This document shows, piece after piece, positions 46,453 through 53,349 of a stretch of DNA of 53,349 nucleotides. The position numbers and the translations under genes were made by a program. The notes under the pieces were generated by a model that saw only the letters and a program-made list of their open reading frames with translations, had not been told where the DNA came from and did no database searches. Numbering within the stretch: position 1 is the stretch's first letter; each line of letters starts with the position of its first letter. The DNA comes from Candidatus Limnocylindria bacterium (GTDB taxonomy: Bacteria > Chloroflexota > Limnocylindria > QHBO01): positions 1 through 53,349 of the forward strand of contig JBGQKH010000002.1 in the NCBI GenBank assembly GCA_041499395.1, in the 5' to 3' direction.

Positions 46453-47229
46453 ATGTCCGAACATCGCTCGCAGGTCATGACCAGCACGGCGATTGCTGCC
46501 ATCGCGCTCATGGCCATCGTGCTCGGCGGGCCGTTGCTGGCCGGGTCGCGACCTACCGACACGCTGCCTGTCCAGGGTGCCACGGACACCGCTGGACAGG
46601 CAAAGGGAATCACCGTGCAGGGCATGGGCACGATCACGATCAGCCCCGACCTGGCCACCATCAGCGTCGGGGTGCAGACGCAGGCGTCCCGAGCCGCCGA
46701 GGCCCAGTCGCAGGCCAGCGCGGTGATGACCAAGGTCATCGCGGCCGTCAAGCACGCCGGCATTGCGGACGCTGATCTGACCACCCAGTGGATCTCGCTC
46801 CAACCGCTCTACGACTACAGTCCGAACGGGTCGGTCCCGCCACGGGTCACCGGCTACCAGGCCGGCCAGAGCCTTTCGGTGAAGGTCCACGATGTCGCCT
46901 TGGCCGGCCCGGTGATCGACGCGGCCGTCGGCGCCGGCGCCACCCAGGTGAACGGCATCAGCTTCAGCGTCGCCGATCCGACCGCAGCCACCAGCCAGGC
47001 GCGCGTGGCAGCCATGCGCGATGCACGGCAGCACGCCGCGACGCTGGCACAGGCGGCGGGCGTCTCCCTCGGCGCGCTGATCTCGGTGACCGAGGTCTCG
47101 AGCCCCATGCCAACCCCATTCCCGTACGCGGCCGGGGACGCCGCGGCGCCGGGCGTCAAGACCCCCGTCCAGATCGGCACGACCGACATCGAGGTCTTGG
47201 TCGAGGCGACCTTCGCCATCGGGAGCTGA
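46453..47229 (+). CDS. SIMPL (DUF541) domain protein, secreted or membrane-anchored
   Basis: AGGAGG 6 nt before ATG 46453. N-terminal TM. GMGTITISPDLATISVGVQT...VTGYQAGQSLSVKV...IGTTDIEVLVEATFAI is typical of SIMPL. Confidence 0.82.
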   Translation: MSEHRSQVMTSTAIAAIALMAIVLGGPLLAGSRPTDTLPVQGATDTAGQAKGITVQGMGTITISPDLATISVGVQTQASRAAEAQSQASAVMTKVIAAVKHAGIADADLTTQWISLQPLYDYSPNGSVPPRVTGYQAGQSLSVKVHDVALAGPVIDAAVGAGATQVNGISFSVADPTAATSQARVAAMRDARQHAATLAQAAGVSLGALISVTEVSSPMPTPFPYAAGDAAAPGVKTPVQIGTTDIEVLVEATFAIGS

Positions 47230-47267
47230 TCGAACCACGTCGGCGGCGACGCTCGTATGCTTCCGGC

Positions 47268-48134
47268 ATGCCCCTGATTCGCGTCGAGAAGCCGATCGAG
47301 CTCAATGCCCCGATCCTCGTGGCGGCCTTCGAGGGCTGGGTCGACGCGGGCAGTGCCGGGACGATGGCGGCCGAGCAGCTCACGCACGGCAGCCGGATCG
47401 TGGCGACCTTCGACGCGGATCGGCTCTTCGACTACCGATCCCGGCGGCCGACGCTGGATATCGTCGATGGTCGCCTCCGCACGCTGGAGTGGCCGCGGCT
47501 CGTCCTGCGCGCCAATCGCATCGGCGAACGAGACCTGCTGGTGCTGAGCGGCCCGGAGCCGGACTTCCTCTGGCAGGAGCTGGCCGCCGAGGTGACGAGG
47601 CTGGTGCAGGACCTCCACGTTGCCAGCTGGATCAGCCTGGGCGCCATCCCGGTCGCCGCGCCACACACGCGGCCGGTGACCGTGCTCGGCACGGCATCGC
47701 GCCCGGGGCTGCTGCCGGCAGGGGTGAGCCAGGGACCGGCCGGGCACCTGCGCGTGCCGTCGGCGGTCCTCTCTGTCCTCGAGCTCGGGGTCTCGGCGGC
47801 GGGAATCCCGGCGATCGGCTTCTTCGCGCAGGTTCCGCACTACGTCTCGGCCACGTACCCGGGCGCCGCGATCGAGCTCCTGCGCCAGGTCGGCCGCTTC
47901 CTGGGCGAGGATCTGCCGGTCGGCGACCTTCCCGGCAAGGCGCTGGAGACGCGCGGTCTCCTCGACGCGGCAACCGGCGGCGATGAGCGCACATCCGCAT
48001 ACGTCAAGCGGCTCGAGGAGGCTGCCGACGAGGCGCGCCTGCCGGAGGGCGACGACCTCATCTCGGACATCGAGCGCTTCCTGCGCGGTGGCGGCGGCGA
48101 GCCCGACGGCGACCCGGGACGCCGCATGAACTAG
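47268..48134 (+). CDS. PAC2 (proteasome assembly chaperone 2-like) family protein
   Basis: PILVAAFEGWVDAGSAGTMA...LLVLSGPEPDFLW...AQVPHYV pattern of actinobacterial PAC2 proteins. The upstream part of track ORF 46788..48134 overlaps the SIMPL gene out of frame. Confidence 0.82.
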   Translation: MPLIRVEKPIELNAPILVAAFEGWVDAGSAGTMAAEQLTHGSRIVATFDADRLFDYRSRRPTLDIVDGRLRTLEWPRLVLRANRIGERDLLVLSGPEPDFLWQELAAEVTRLVQDLHVASWISLGAIPVAAPHTRPVTVLGTASRPGLLPAGVSQGPAGHLRVPSAVLSVLELGVSAAGIPAIGFFAQVPHYVSATYPGAAIELLRQVGRFLGEDLPVGDLPGKALETRGLLDAATGGDERTSAYVKRLEEAADEARLPEGDDLISDIERFLRGGGGEPDGDPGRRMN

Positions 48135-48202
48135 GCTCGCGAAGCCGAAACCGGCCTCAGGCGATTTGACGCCTCCGGTCCCGGTCCCTAAGACTGCGAC
48201 CG

Positions 48203-49762
48203 ATGAGACCCTTCCTCGCCGGCCTCCTGGGCCTGGTTCTGCCAGGCGCCGGGCACGCGGTGGTGGGGCGCCGGCGAATGGCACTCCTGTTCGCAATCCC
48301 GGTGGTGCTGCTCGTCGCGGGATGGGTGGTTGCCTATCTGCTGAGCGGCCGAACCAGCATCCTTGGCTTCCTCCTCACTCCCGGGGTGCTGCCGGCGCTG
48401 GCCGTGGTCAACATCTCCCTGGCCACCTGGCGCATCGCCGCCGCGGTGGACGCGGCGCGGGGAGCTGGCGCCTCGAGGGCCGCATTCGCCGGCCTGGGGC
48501 TCGCGATCCTCCTCCTCGTCCTGGCGCCCCACTTCATCGCCGGGCGGGACCTCGTCGCCACGAACAGCTTCCTCGACTCGATGTTCGCGAGCACGGACGG
48601 CTCCAACACCCCCGCGCCGGCGAGCAGCGACATGCCCACCAACTCGGACGGCGGCTTCATCGTCCCCTCCGGCGATCCGCAGGATGGCTGGAGCGCCTGG
48701 ATCGGCGGCGGGCCGACGCCGACGCCCGTCCCCGTGGTGCGCGGCCCGATGGGCTCGGGCGTCGGCACCCTCCCCTCGCTCGGCGCCGCGGTGCCTTGGA
48801 CGCGTGCCGGGGCGATCCCGTGGGGCAACGACGGCCGCTTCGACCTCCTGCTGCTCGGCTCCGATGCTGGCGCTGACCGCTGGAGCCGCCGCATGGACGT
48901 GATGATGCTGGTCGAGATCGACGTCGCCACCGGCAGGGTGGCGATGATCGGGCTGCCGCGGAACCTGATCAACGCTCCCTTCCCGCCCGGTGCCGCGCGG
49001 GACGCGGTGGCGTGCGGCTGCCTCAACGGGCTCCTGAACGAGATGTACGTCGAGGCCACGGTCAGGCATCCGTCGCGCTGGCCGGGGACGGGAGCTGTGA
49101 AGGGCATCGGCGCCGTGAGGTCGATGGTCATGCAGCTCACCGGTCGTCCGGTTGACGGCGTGCTGGTGGCCGACCTGTGGGGCGTCATCAAGGTCGTGGA
49201 TGCGATGGGCGGGATCGACATCAACATCCCGGCCGCGGTGCACGACAGCCGCTATCCGGACCCGGTGTGGGGCGACATCGTGCTCAACATCCCCGCGGGA
49301 CAGCAGCATCTCGACGGCAGGATGGCGCTAGCCTACGCGCGCAGCCGCCACCAGGACTCCGACTATGGCCGCATGGCCCGCCAGCAGACCCTGCTCCTCG
49401 CCATCCGCAAGCAGATCGGGCCGGCGACCGTCCTGAACGCCCCCGCTCTCTTCGATGCCGCGAAGGGGTTTGCCTGGACGGATCTCCCGCGCGATGCGCT
49501 GCCGGCGCTCGGGGACCTCTTCTCCAAGGCGGCGCACGCGTCGGTCACCCAGCTGCGGATCGTGCCGTCCAGGTACGCGACCATCCTGACGCCCGCCGAG
49601 GTGACCCGCATCCAGCACGACATCGCTGCCCTGCTCGGCGTTGCGCCGCCGCCGACGCCAGCGCCGACGTCGACCCCCGCCGCCACGCCCGCCGCCACGC
49701 CGATCGAGACGCCGATGCCTACTCCATCGCCCTCGTCCAGTAGCGCCTCCGCAAGCCCATGA
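48203..49762 (+). CDS. LytR-CpsA-Psr (LCP) family cell-envelope phosphotransferase
   Basis: N-terminal TMs, then FDLLLLGSDAG...RMDVMMLVEID...IGLPRN ... LAYARSRHQDSDYGRMARQQ, the LCP core. Pro/Thr/Ser-rich C-terminus. Confidence 0.88.
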   Translation: MRPFLAGLLGLVLPGAGHAVVGRRRMALLFAIPVVLLVAGWVVAYLLSGRTSILGFLLTPGVLPALAVVNISLATWRIAAAVDAARGAGASRAAFAGLGLAILLLVLAPHFIAGRDLVATNSFLDSMFASTDGSNTPAPASSDMPTNSDGGFIVPSGDPQDGWSAWIGGGPTPTPVPVVRGPMGSGVGTLPSLGAAVPWTRAGAIPWGNDGRFDLLLLGSDAGADRWSRRMDVMMLVEIDVATGRVAMIGLPRNLINAPFPPGAARDAVACGCLNGLLNEMYVEATVRHPSRWPGTGAVKGIGAVRSMVMQLTGRPVDGVLVADLWGVIKVVDAMGGIDINIPAAVHDSRYPDPVWGDIVLNIPAGQQHLDGRMALAYARSRHQDSDYGRMARQQTLLLAIRKQIGPATVLNAPALFDAAKGFAWTDLPRDALPALGDLFSKAAHASVTQLRIVPSRYATILTPAEVTRIQHDIAALLGVAPPPTPAPTSTPAATPAATPIETPMPTPSPSSSSASASP

Positions 49763-50334
49763 GCAAGGGCCGCCTCGAGGCCTTCAGCGACGGCGTCATC
49801 GCCATCATCATCACGATCATGGTCCTCGAGCTCCGGCCGCCGGCCGGTGCCTCGCTCAACGACCTGGCCCCGCTCCTGCCGACGTTCGTCGCCTACCTGC
49901 TGAGCTTCGCACTGCTCGGGACCTGGTGGAACAACCACCATCACCTCCTCCACGCCGCCAAGACGATCGACGCGTGGGTGCTGTGGGCGAACCTCGGCCT
50001 CCTCTTCTTCCTGTCGCTCGTGCCGTTCGGGACGGCGTGGGTCGGCCGGACCAGCTTCGCGCCGATGCCGGTCGCGCTCTATGGCGTGATCCTCTTCATG
50101 GCCGGGGCCGCGTACTACGGCCTGGTGCGGGCTCTCCTGGCGGCTCCGGAGCAGCCGCGCGCGCTCGCCGAGGCGATCGGCCGCGACCTCAAGGGCAAGG
50201 CGTCGTCGGTGCTCTTCGCGATTGCGATCCCGCTTGCGTTGGCCGCGCCAATGCTGTCGGTGGCGATCGATGTGGGCGTCGTGGTGATGTGGATCGTCCC
50301 CGACCGCCGCATGGAGCGGGTGATCCGGGGCTGA
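49759..50334 (+). CDS. TMEM175-like (DUF1211) potassium channel family protein
   Basis: RLEAFSDGVIAIIITIMVLEL N-terminal signature, six TM pattern. ATGA overlap with the LCP gene stop. Confidence 0.82.
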   Translation: MSKGRLEAFSDGVIAIIITIMVLELRPPAGASLNDLAPLLPTFVAYLLSFALLGTWWNNHHHLLHAAKTIDAWVLWANLGLLFFLSLVPFGTAWVGRTSFAPMPVALYGVILFMAGAAYYGLVRALLAAPEQPRALAEAIGRDLKGKASSVLFAIAIPLALAAPMLSVAIDVGVVVMWIVPDRRMERVIRG

Positions 50335-50348
50335 GCGCCTCGGGGCCG

Positions 50349-50933
50349 ATGAGCGACGCCGAGCGGCAGATCTGGCTGGTCCGTCACGGGGAGACAGAAT
50401 GGTCCCGCGACGGCCGGCACACGGGCGTGACCGACATTCCGCTCACCGATCTCGGCCGCGGCCAGGCCGAGGCGCTCGGGGCTCGACTCGCAGGCCATCG
50501 GTTCGCGCTGGTCCTGACCAGCCCCCGATCGCGCGCCGTCGACACGGCCCGGCTCGCCGGGTTCGGCGAAGTGGCCATTGCCGATCCCGACCTCGCCGAG
50601 TGGGACTACGGCGCGCTCGAGGGGCGACGCACCGACGAGATCGTCGGCGACTATCCGGGCTGGACGATCTGGACGGGACCGTGGCCTGGCGGAGAGACGG
50701 CGGACCAGGTCAGCGCGCGAGCCGACCGGGTCGTGGCGCGATGCGAGGACCCCGGCGCCGGAGGTGATGCACTGCTCTTCGGCCATGGCCACATGCTGCG
50801 GGTGCTGGCCGCGCGCTGGCTCAGCCTGCCGGGTCCGTCGGGGTCGCTCTTTGGCCTCTCGACCGCCACCCTCTCGGTCCTCGGCTGGGAGCGAGATCAC
50901 CGCATCATCGAGACCTGGAACTCCGCGGCCTGA
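50349..50933 (+). CDS. histidine phosphatase family protein (phosphoglycerate-mutase-like)
   Basis: LVRHGETEWS (RHG motif), LTSPRSRAVDTA, GHGHMLR. The upstream part of track ORF 49641..50933 was discarded. Confidence 0.88.
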   Translation: MSDAERQIWLVRHGETEWSRDGRHTGVTDIPLTDLGRGQAEALGARLAGHRFALVLTSPRSRAVDTARLAGFGEVAIADPDLAEWDYGALEGRRTDEIVGDYPGWTIWTGPWPGGETADQVSARADRVVARCEDPGAGGDALLFGHGHMLRVLAARWLSLPGPSGSLFGLSTATLSVLGWERDHRIIETWNSAA

Positions 50934-50948
50934 TCCGGCGCACCCGCC

Positions 50949-51986
50949 TCAGGCGGGCTGCTGCACCGGGATGAGCCCCTCCGCCGATTCCGCGATGACC
51001 AGCGCCTGGTCGCCGGACTTCAGCACGAAGTCGGCCGGTGGGTTCACCTGGCTCTTCCCGTCGCGAACGACGGCGACGAGGATCGTGCGCGTCCTGCGCA
51101 GCAGCTCGCCGACCTGGGACACGGTCTGGCCCGCCGCATCGCTCGGCAGCTGCACGTGGTACAGCTCCGAGCCCTCGCCGCCGGTGACGAGGTCCATTAC
51201 CAGGTCGGCCAGCCCGGAGTAGAGCGCCGATCGCGCGATCAGGTGTGCCGCCAGGCGCGGGGTCGCGATCACCTCGTCGGCGTGTGCGCGCTTGAGGTGC
51301 TCCCCGTTGCGCGCGTTCGAGACCTCGACCACGGTGCGGACGTCGGGGGCGATGCTCTCGATCGCCATCACCACCAGGATCGAGCGCATGTCGGCGGCAT
51401 CGGTCGGCTCGTCGGGGAAGACGATCGCCGCCGATGCCTCGGTGATGTTGGCGCGCGCGAGATCCTCCTCGTTGGTGGCGTCGCCGCGAATGAAGTAGAC
51501 GCGACGATCCGCCGGGTTGCGCTCGGCGTCGGCCAGGAGCACCACCCCGCGATGCGACTGGTCCGCCAGCAGCTCGTCGATCACCTCGCGAGCGCTCGGG
51601 TTCCACCCGCACACCACTACGTGCCCGGTCATCCCGGCAGAGCCCATCCCCTGTCCCTCTCGTATCACGACGTCAATGATGAAGCCGATGAGCAGCCCCG
51701 TGACAAGCGCCAGCAGCGTGACGCTCAGGATGATCAGTGAAGCGCTCACCAGGCGCCCGATGCCGGAGCTGACAAAGGTGGCGTCGCCGGAGCCGAGGAG
51801 GAGACTGAGGGCCCAGTAGAACGACTCGCCGAACTTCCCGAACGTGACCGGCCCCTCGACCAGCGTGACGATCAGCGCGGCCACGACGATCGTGCCGGCG
51901 AGGAGGCCGACCAGCCCGAGCGCGGTGCGCCGGTCGATCCGCTCCCGGACTCGGCGGAGGTGCCACCCGATGCGGCGCAGCAGCAT
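50949..51986 (-). CDS. two-TM ion channel with a cytoplasmic RCK (TrkA-N/TrkA-C) domain and a non-canonical pore signature
   Basis: The 712-aa track ORF was trimmed to ATG 51986 (MLLRRIGWHL). The pore region is FYWALSLLLGSGDATF instead of TxGYGD. RCK Rossmann motif HVVVCGWNPSAREV. C-terminal TrkA-C-like domain. Confidence 0.82.
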   Translation of the reverse strand: MLLRRIGWHLRRVRERIDRRTALGLVGLLAGTIVVAALIVTLVEGPVTFGKFGESFYWALSLLLGSGDATFVSSGIGRLVSASLIILSVTLLALVTGLLIGFIIDVVIREGQGMGSAGMTGHVVVCGWNPSAREVIDELLADQSHRGVVLLADAERNPADRRVYFIRGDATNEEDLARANITEASAAIVFPDEPTDAADMRSILVVMAIESIAPDVRTVVEVSNARNGEHLKRAHADEVIATPRLAAHLIARSALYSGLADLVMDLVTGGEGSELYHVQLPSDAAGQTVSQVGELLRRTRTILVAVVRDGKSQVNPPADFVLKSGDQALVIAESAEGLIPVQQPA

Positions 51987-52025
51987 GGCGGGAGCATCGC
52001 ACAGTCGTGGTAGCCTCACGCCGCT

Positions 52026-53312
52026 TTGCCACACGTCACCATCGATCGACACACCCTGCCGAACGGGCTGCGCCTGATCCTGTCCCACGACGACCGTGCG
52101 CCGATCGTCGCGGTGAACCTGTGGTACGCGGTCGGCAGCCGCTACGAGAAGCCGGGCAAGACCGGCTTCGCACACCTTTTCGAGCACATGATGTTCGAGG
52201 GCTCGGCACATGTCGCCAAGGGCGAGCACTTCTCGCTGCTCCAGTCGATCGGGGGGTCGCTGAACGCGACGACCTGGCTCGATCGGACCAACTACTTCGA
52301 GACGATCCCCAGCCACGAGCTCGAGCTCGCCCTCTGGCTCGAGTCGGATCGGCTCACCAGCCTGCTCAGCGCGATGACCCAGGAGAAGCTCGACAACCAG
52401 CGCGAGGTGGTCAAAAACGAGCGGCGCTTCTCGGTCGACAACCAGCCGTACGGGACCTGGGATGAGAAGCTCCAGGAGCTCGTCTACCCCGAGGGCCACC
52501 CGTACCACCACTCGACCATCGGCTCCATGGCGGACCTCGACGCCGCCTCTCTCGCCGACGTGAGCGAGTTCTTCGCCTCGTACTACGCCCCGAACAACGC
52601 GGTCCTCACCATCGCCGGCGACTTCGACCCCGAGGGCGCGCTGGCCCTCGTGGAGCAGTACTTCGGGCCGATCAAGGCCAACCCGGCCATCCCCCCGGCA
52701 CCCTCCACCGAGGTTGACCCGGTCATCGGGGCCGAGGTGCGCGAGATCGTCCCAGACCGCGTCCCCCTGCCGCGCGTCTATGCGGCCTACCGGATGCCCA
52801 CCTTCGGGACCGATGGCTTCGACGCGCTCGAGGTCGCCGTCGACGTGCTCGGCACCGGGCGCGCCTCGCGCCTGTACCGGACCCTCGTGCGGGAGCGCCA
52901 GCTGGCGCAGGACGTGACCGTCTTCGCCTTCCCGTTCGTGGGCGGCGCGACGATCTTCACGATGTGGGTCACCGCTCGCCCCGGCGTCGCGCACGAGGAT
53001 CTGGAGGAGGCGCTCTTCGCCGAAGTCGACCGCCTCACCGCCGTGGGACCGAGCGACGACGAGCTCGAGCGGGTCCGCAACCTGCATGCCGCGAACGTCG
53101 AGTCGAGCCTCGAGCGGGTGGGTGAGCGGGCGGATCGGCTCTCGATGTACGCCTGCCTCTTCGACCAGCCGGAGCGCATCAACAGCGAGGTGAGCCGCTA
53201 CCTGGCGGTCGACGCGGCGCGCGTCCGCGAAGCGATGGCCGCCAGCATCCGCCCCGACAACCGCGTCGTCCTGACCTACCTCCCGGCCGAGGCGCCGGAG
53301 GGTGGCGCATGA
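52026..53312 (+). CDS. M16 (pitrilysin/insulinase) family zinc peptidase, active-subunit type
   Basis: FAHLFEHMMFEGS (HxxEH) and NATTWLDRTNY. 428 aa. TTG start 9 nt after TAGCCT. Confidence 0.9.
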   Translation: MPHVTIDRHTLPNGLRLILSHDDRAPIVAVNLWYAVGSRYEKPGKTGFAHLFEHMMFEGSAHVAKGEHFSLLQSIGGSLNATTWLDRTNYFETIPSHELELALWLESDRLTSLLSAMTQEKLDNQREVVKNERRFSVDNQPYGTWDEKLQELVYPEGHPYHHSTIGSMADLDAASLADVSEFFASYYAPNNAVLTIAGDFDPEGALALVEQYFGPIKANPAIPPAPSTEVDPVIGAEVREIVPDRVPLPRVYAAYRMPTFGTDGFDALEVAVDVLGTGRASRLYRTLVRERQLAQDVTVFAFPFVGGATIFTMWVTARPGVAHEDLEEALFAEVDRLTAVGPSDDELERVRNLHAANVESSLERVGERADRLSMYACLFDQPERINSEVSRYLAVDAARVREAMAASIRPDNRVVLTYLPAEAPEGGA

Positions 53313-53349
53313 CCGCGACCGTCAACCCGATGCGACCGCCGGCCGGCAC
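53309..53349 (+). CDS. partial CDS (start only), probably the second M16 peptidase subunit
   Basis: ATGA overlap with the preceding stop. M16 genes usually come in pairs. Only 13 codons are visible. Confidence 0.35.
   Translation, partial: MTATVNPMRPPAG

Noticed and set aside
46354-48296. Minus-strand ORFs 46354..47238 and 46854..48296
   Set aside because: Antisense to the SIMPL and PAC2 genes, with Arg/Gly/Asp-rich products and no motifs.
51987-53087. N-terminal 367 codons of track ORF 50949..53087
   Set aside because: Antisense to the M16 peptidase (HxxEH present on the other strand). The channel sequence begins at MLLRRIGW (51986).

Overview
High-GC bacterial chromosome segment, G+C clearly above 60% by eye. 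The gene content looks actinobacterial or from a related deep-branching Gram-positive lineage: fhaA-fhaB-rodA-pbpA, DUF3618 plus a holin-X-like protein, DUF3105, a PAC2 family protein, DUF2342, an LCP protein, and tig-clpP...clpX. I call about 57 protein-coding genes (one frameshifted, one integrase remnant), 2 tRNAs (Leu-UAG, Lys-CUU) and a Val T-box leader in front of valS. Genes are tightly packed. The many long ORFs antisense to recognisable genes are treated as high-GC artefacts. Most of the window is housekeeping: ychF, murI, rarA, valS, clpX, clpP, tig, a MoxR-DUF58-transglutaminase module and cell-wall genes.

Four leads are worth a second look:
- A 637-bp gene-free, hairpin-rich interval (13107-13743) sits behind the best sigma70-like promoter in the window. 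I could not match it to RNase P, tmRNA, SRP or B12 signatures, so it is a candidate unassigned ~545-nt structured RNA.
- An AT-richer three-gene locus (40790-42745) encodes a TasA/camelysin-like protein, an archaeal-type SipW signal peptidase, and a SipW-signal protein made of RTX-like repeats plus a Pro/Thr tail. It lies next to tRNA-Lys and a decayed integrase.
- A cluster of three zinc-ribbon proteins plus a degenerate-receiver MinD/CpaE-like ATPase (26255-30028) lies next to an fhaA-fhaB-rodA-pbpA block that lacks pstP/pknAB.
- TANNNT -10 boxes recur 5-9 nt upstream of start codons, which implies widespread leaderless mRNAs.

All family calls come from motif recognition in the translated ORFs. 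No database search was possible. Start codons are inferred and may be off.
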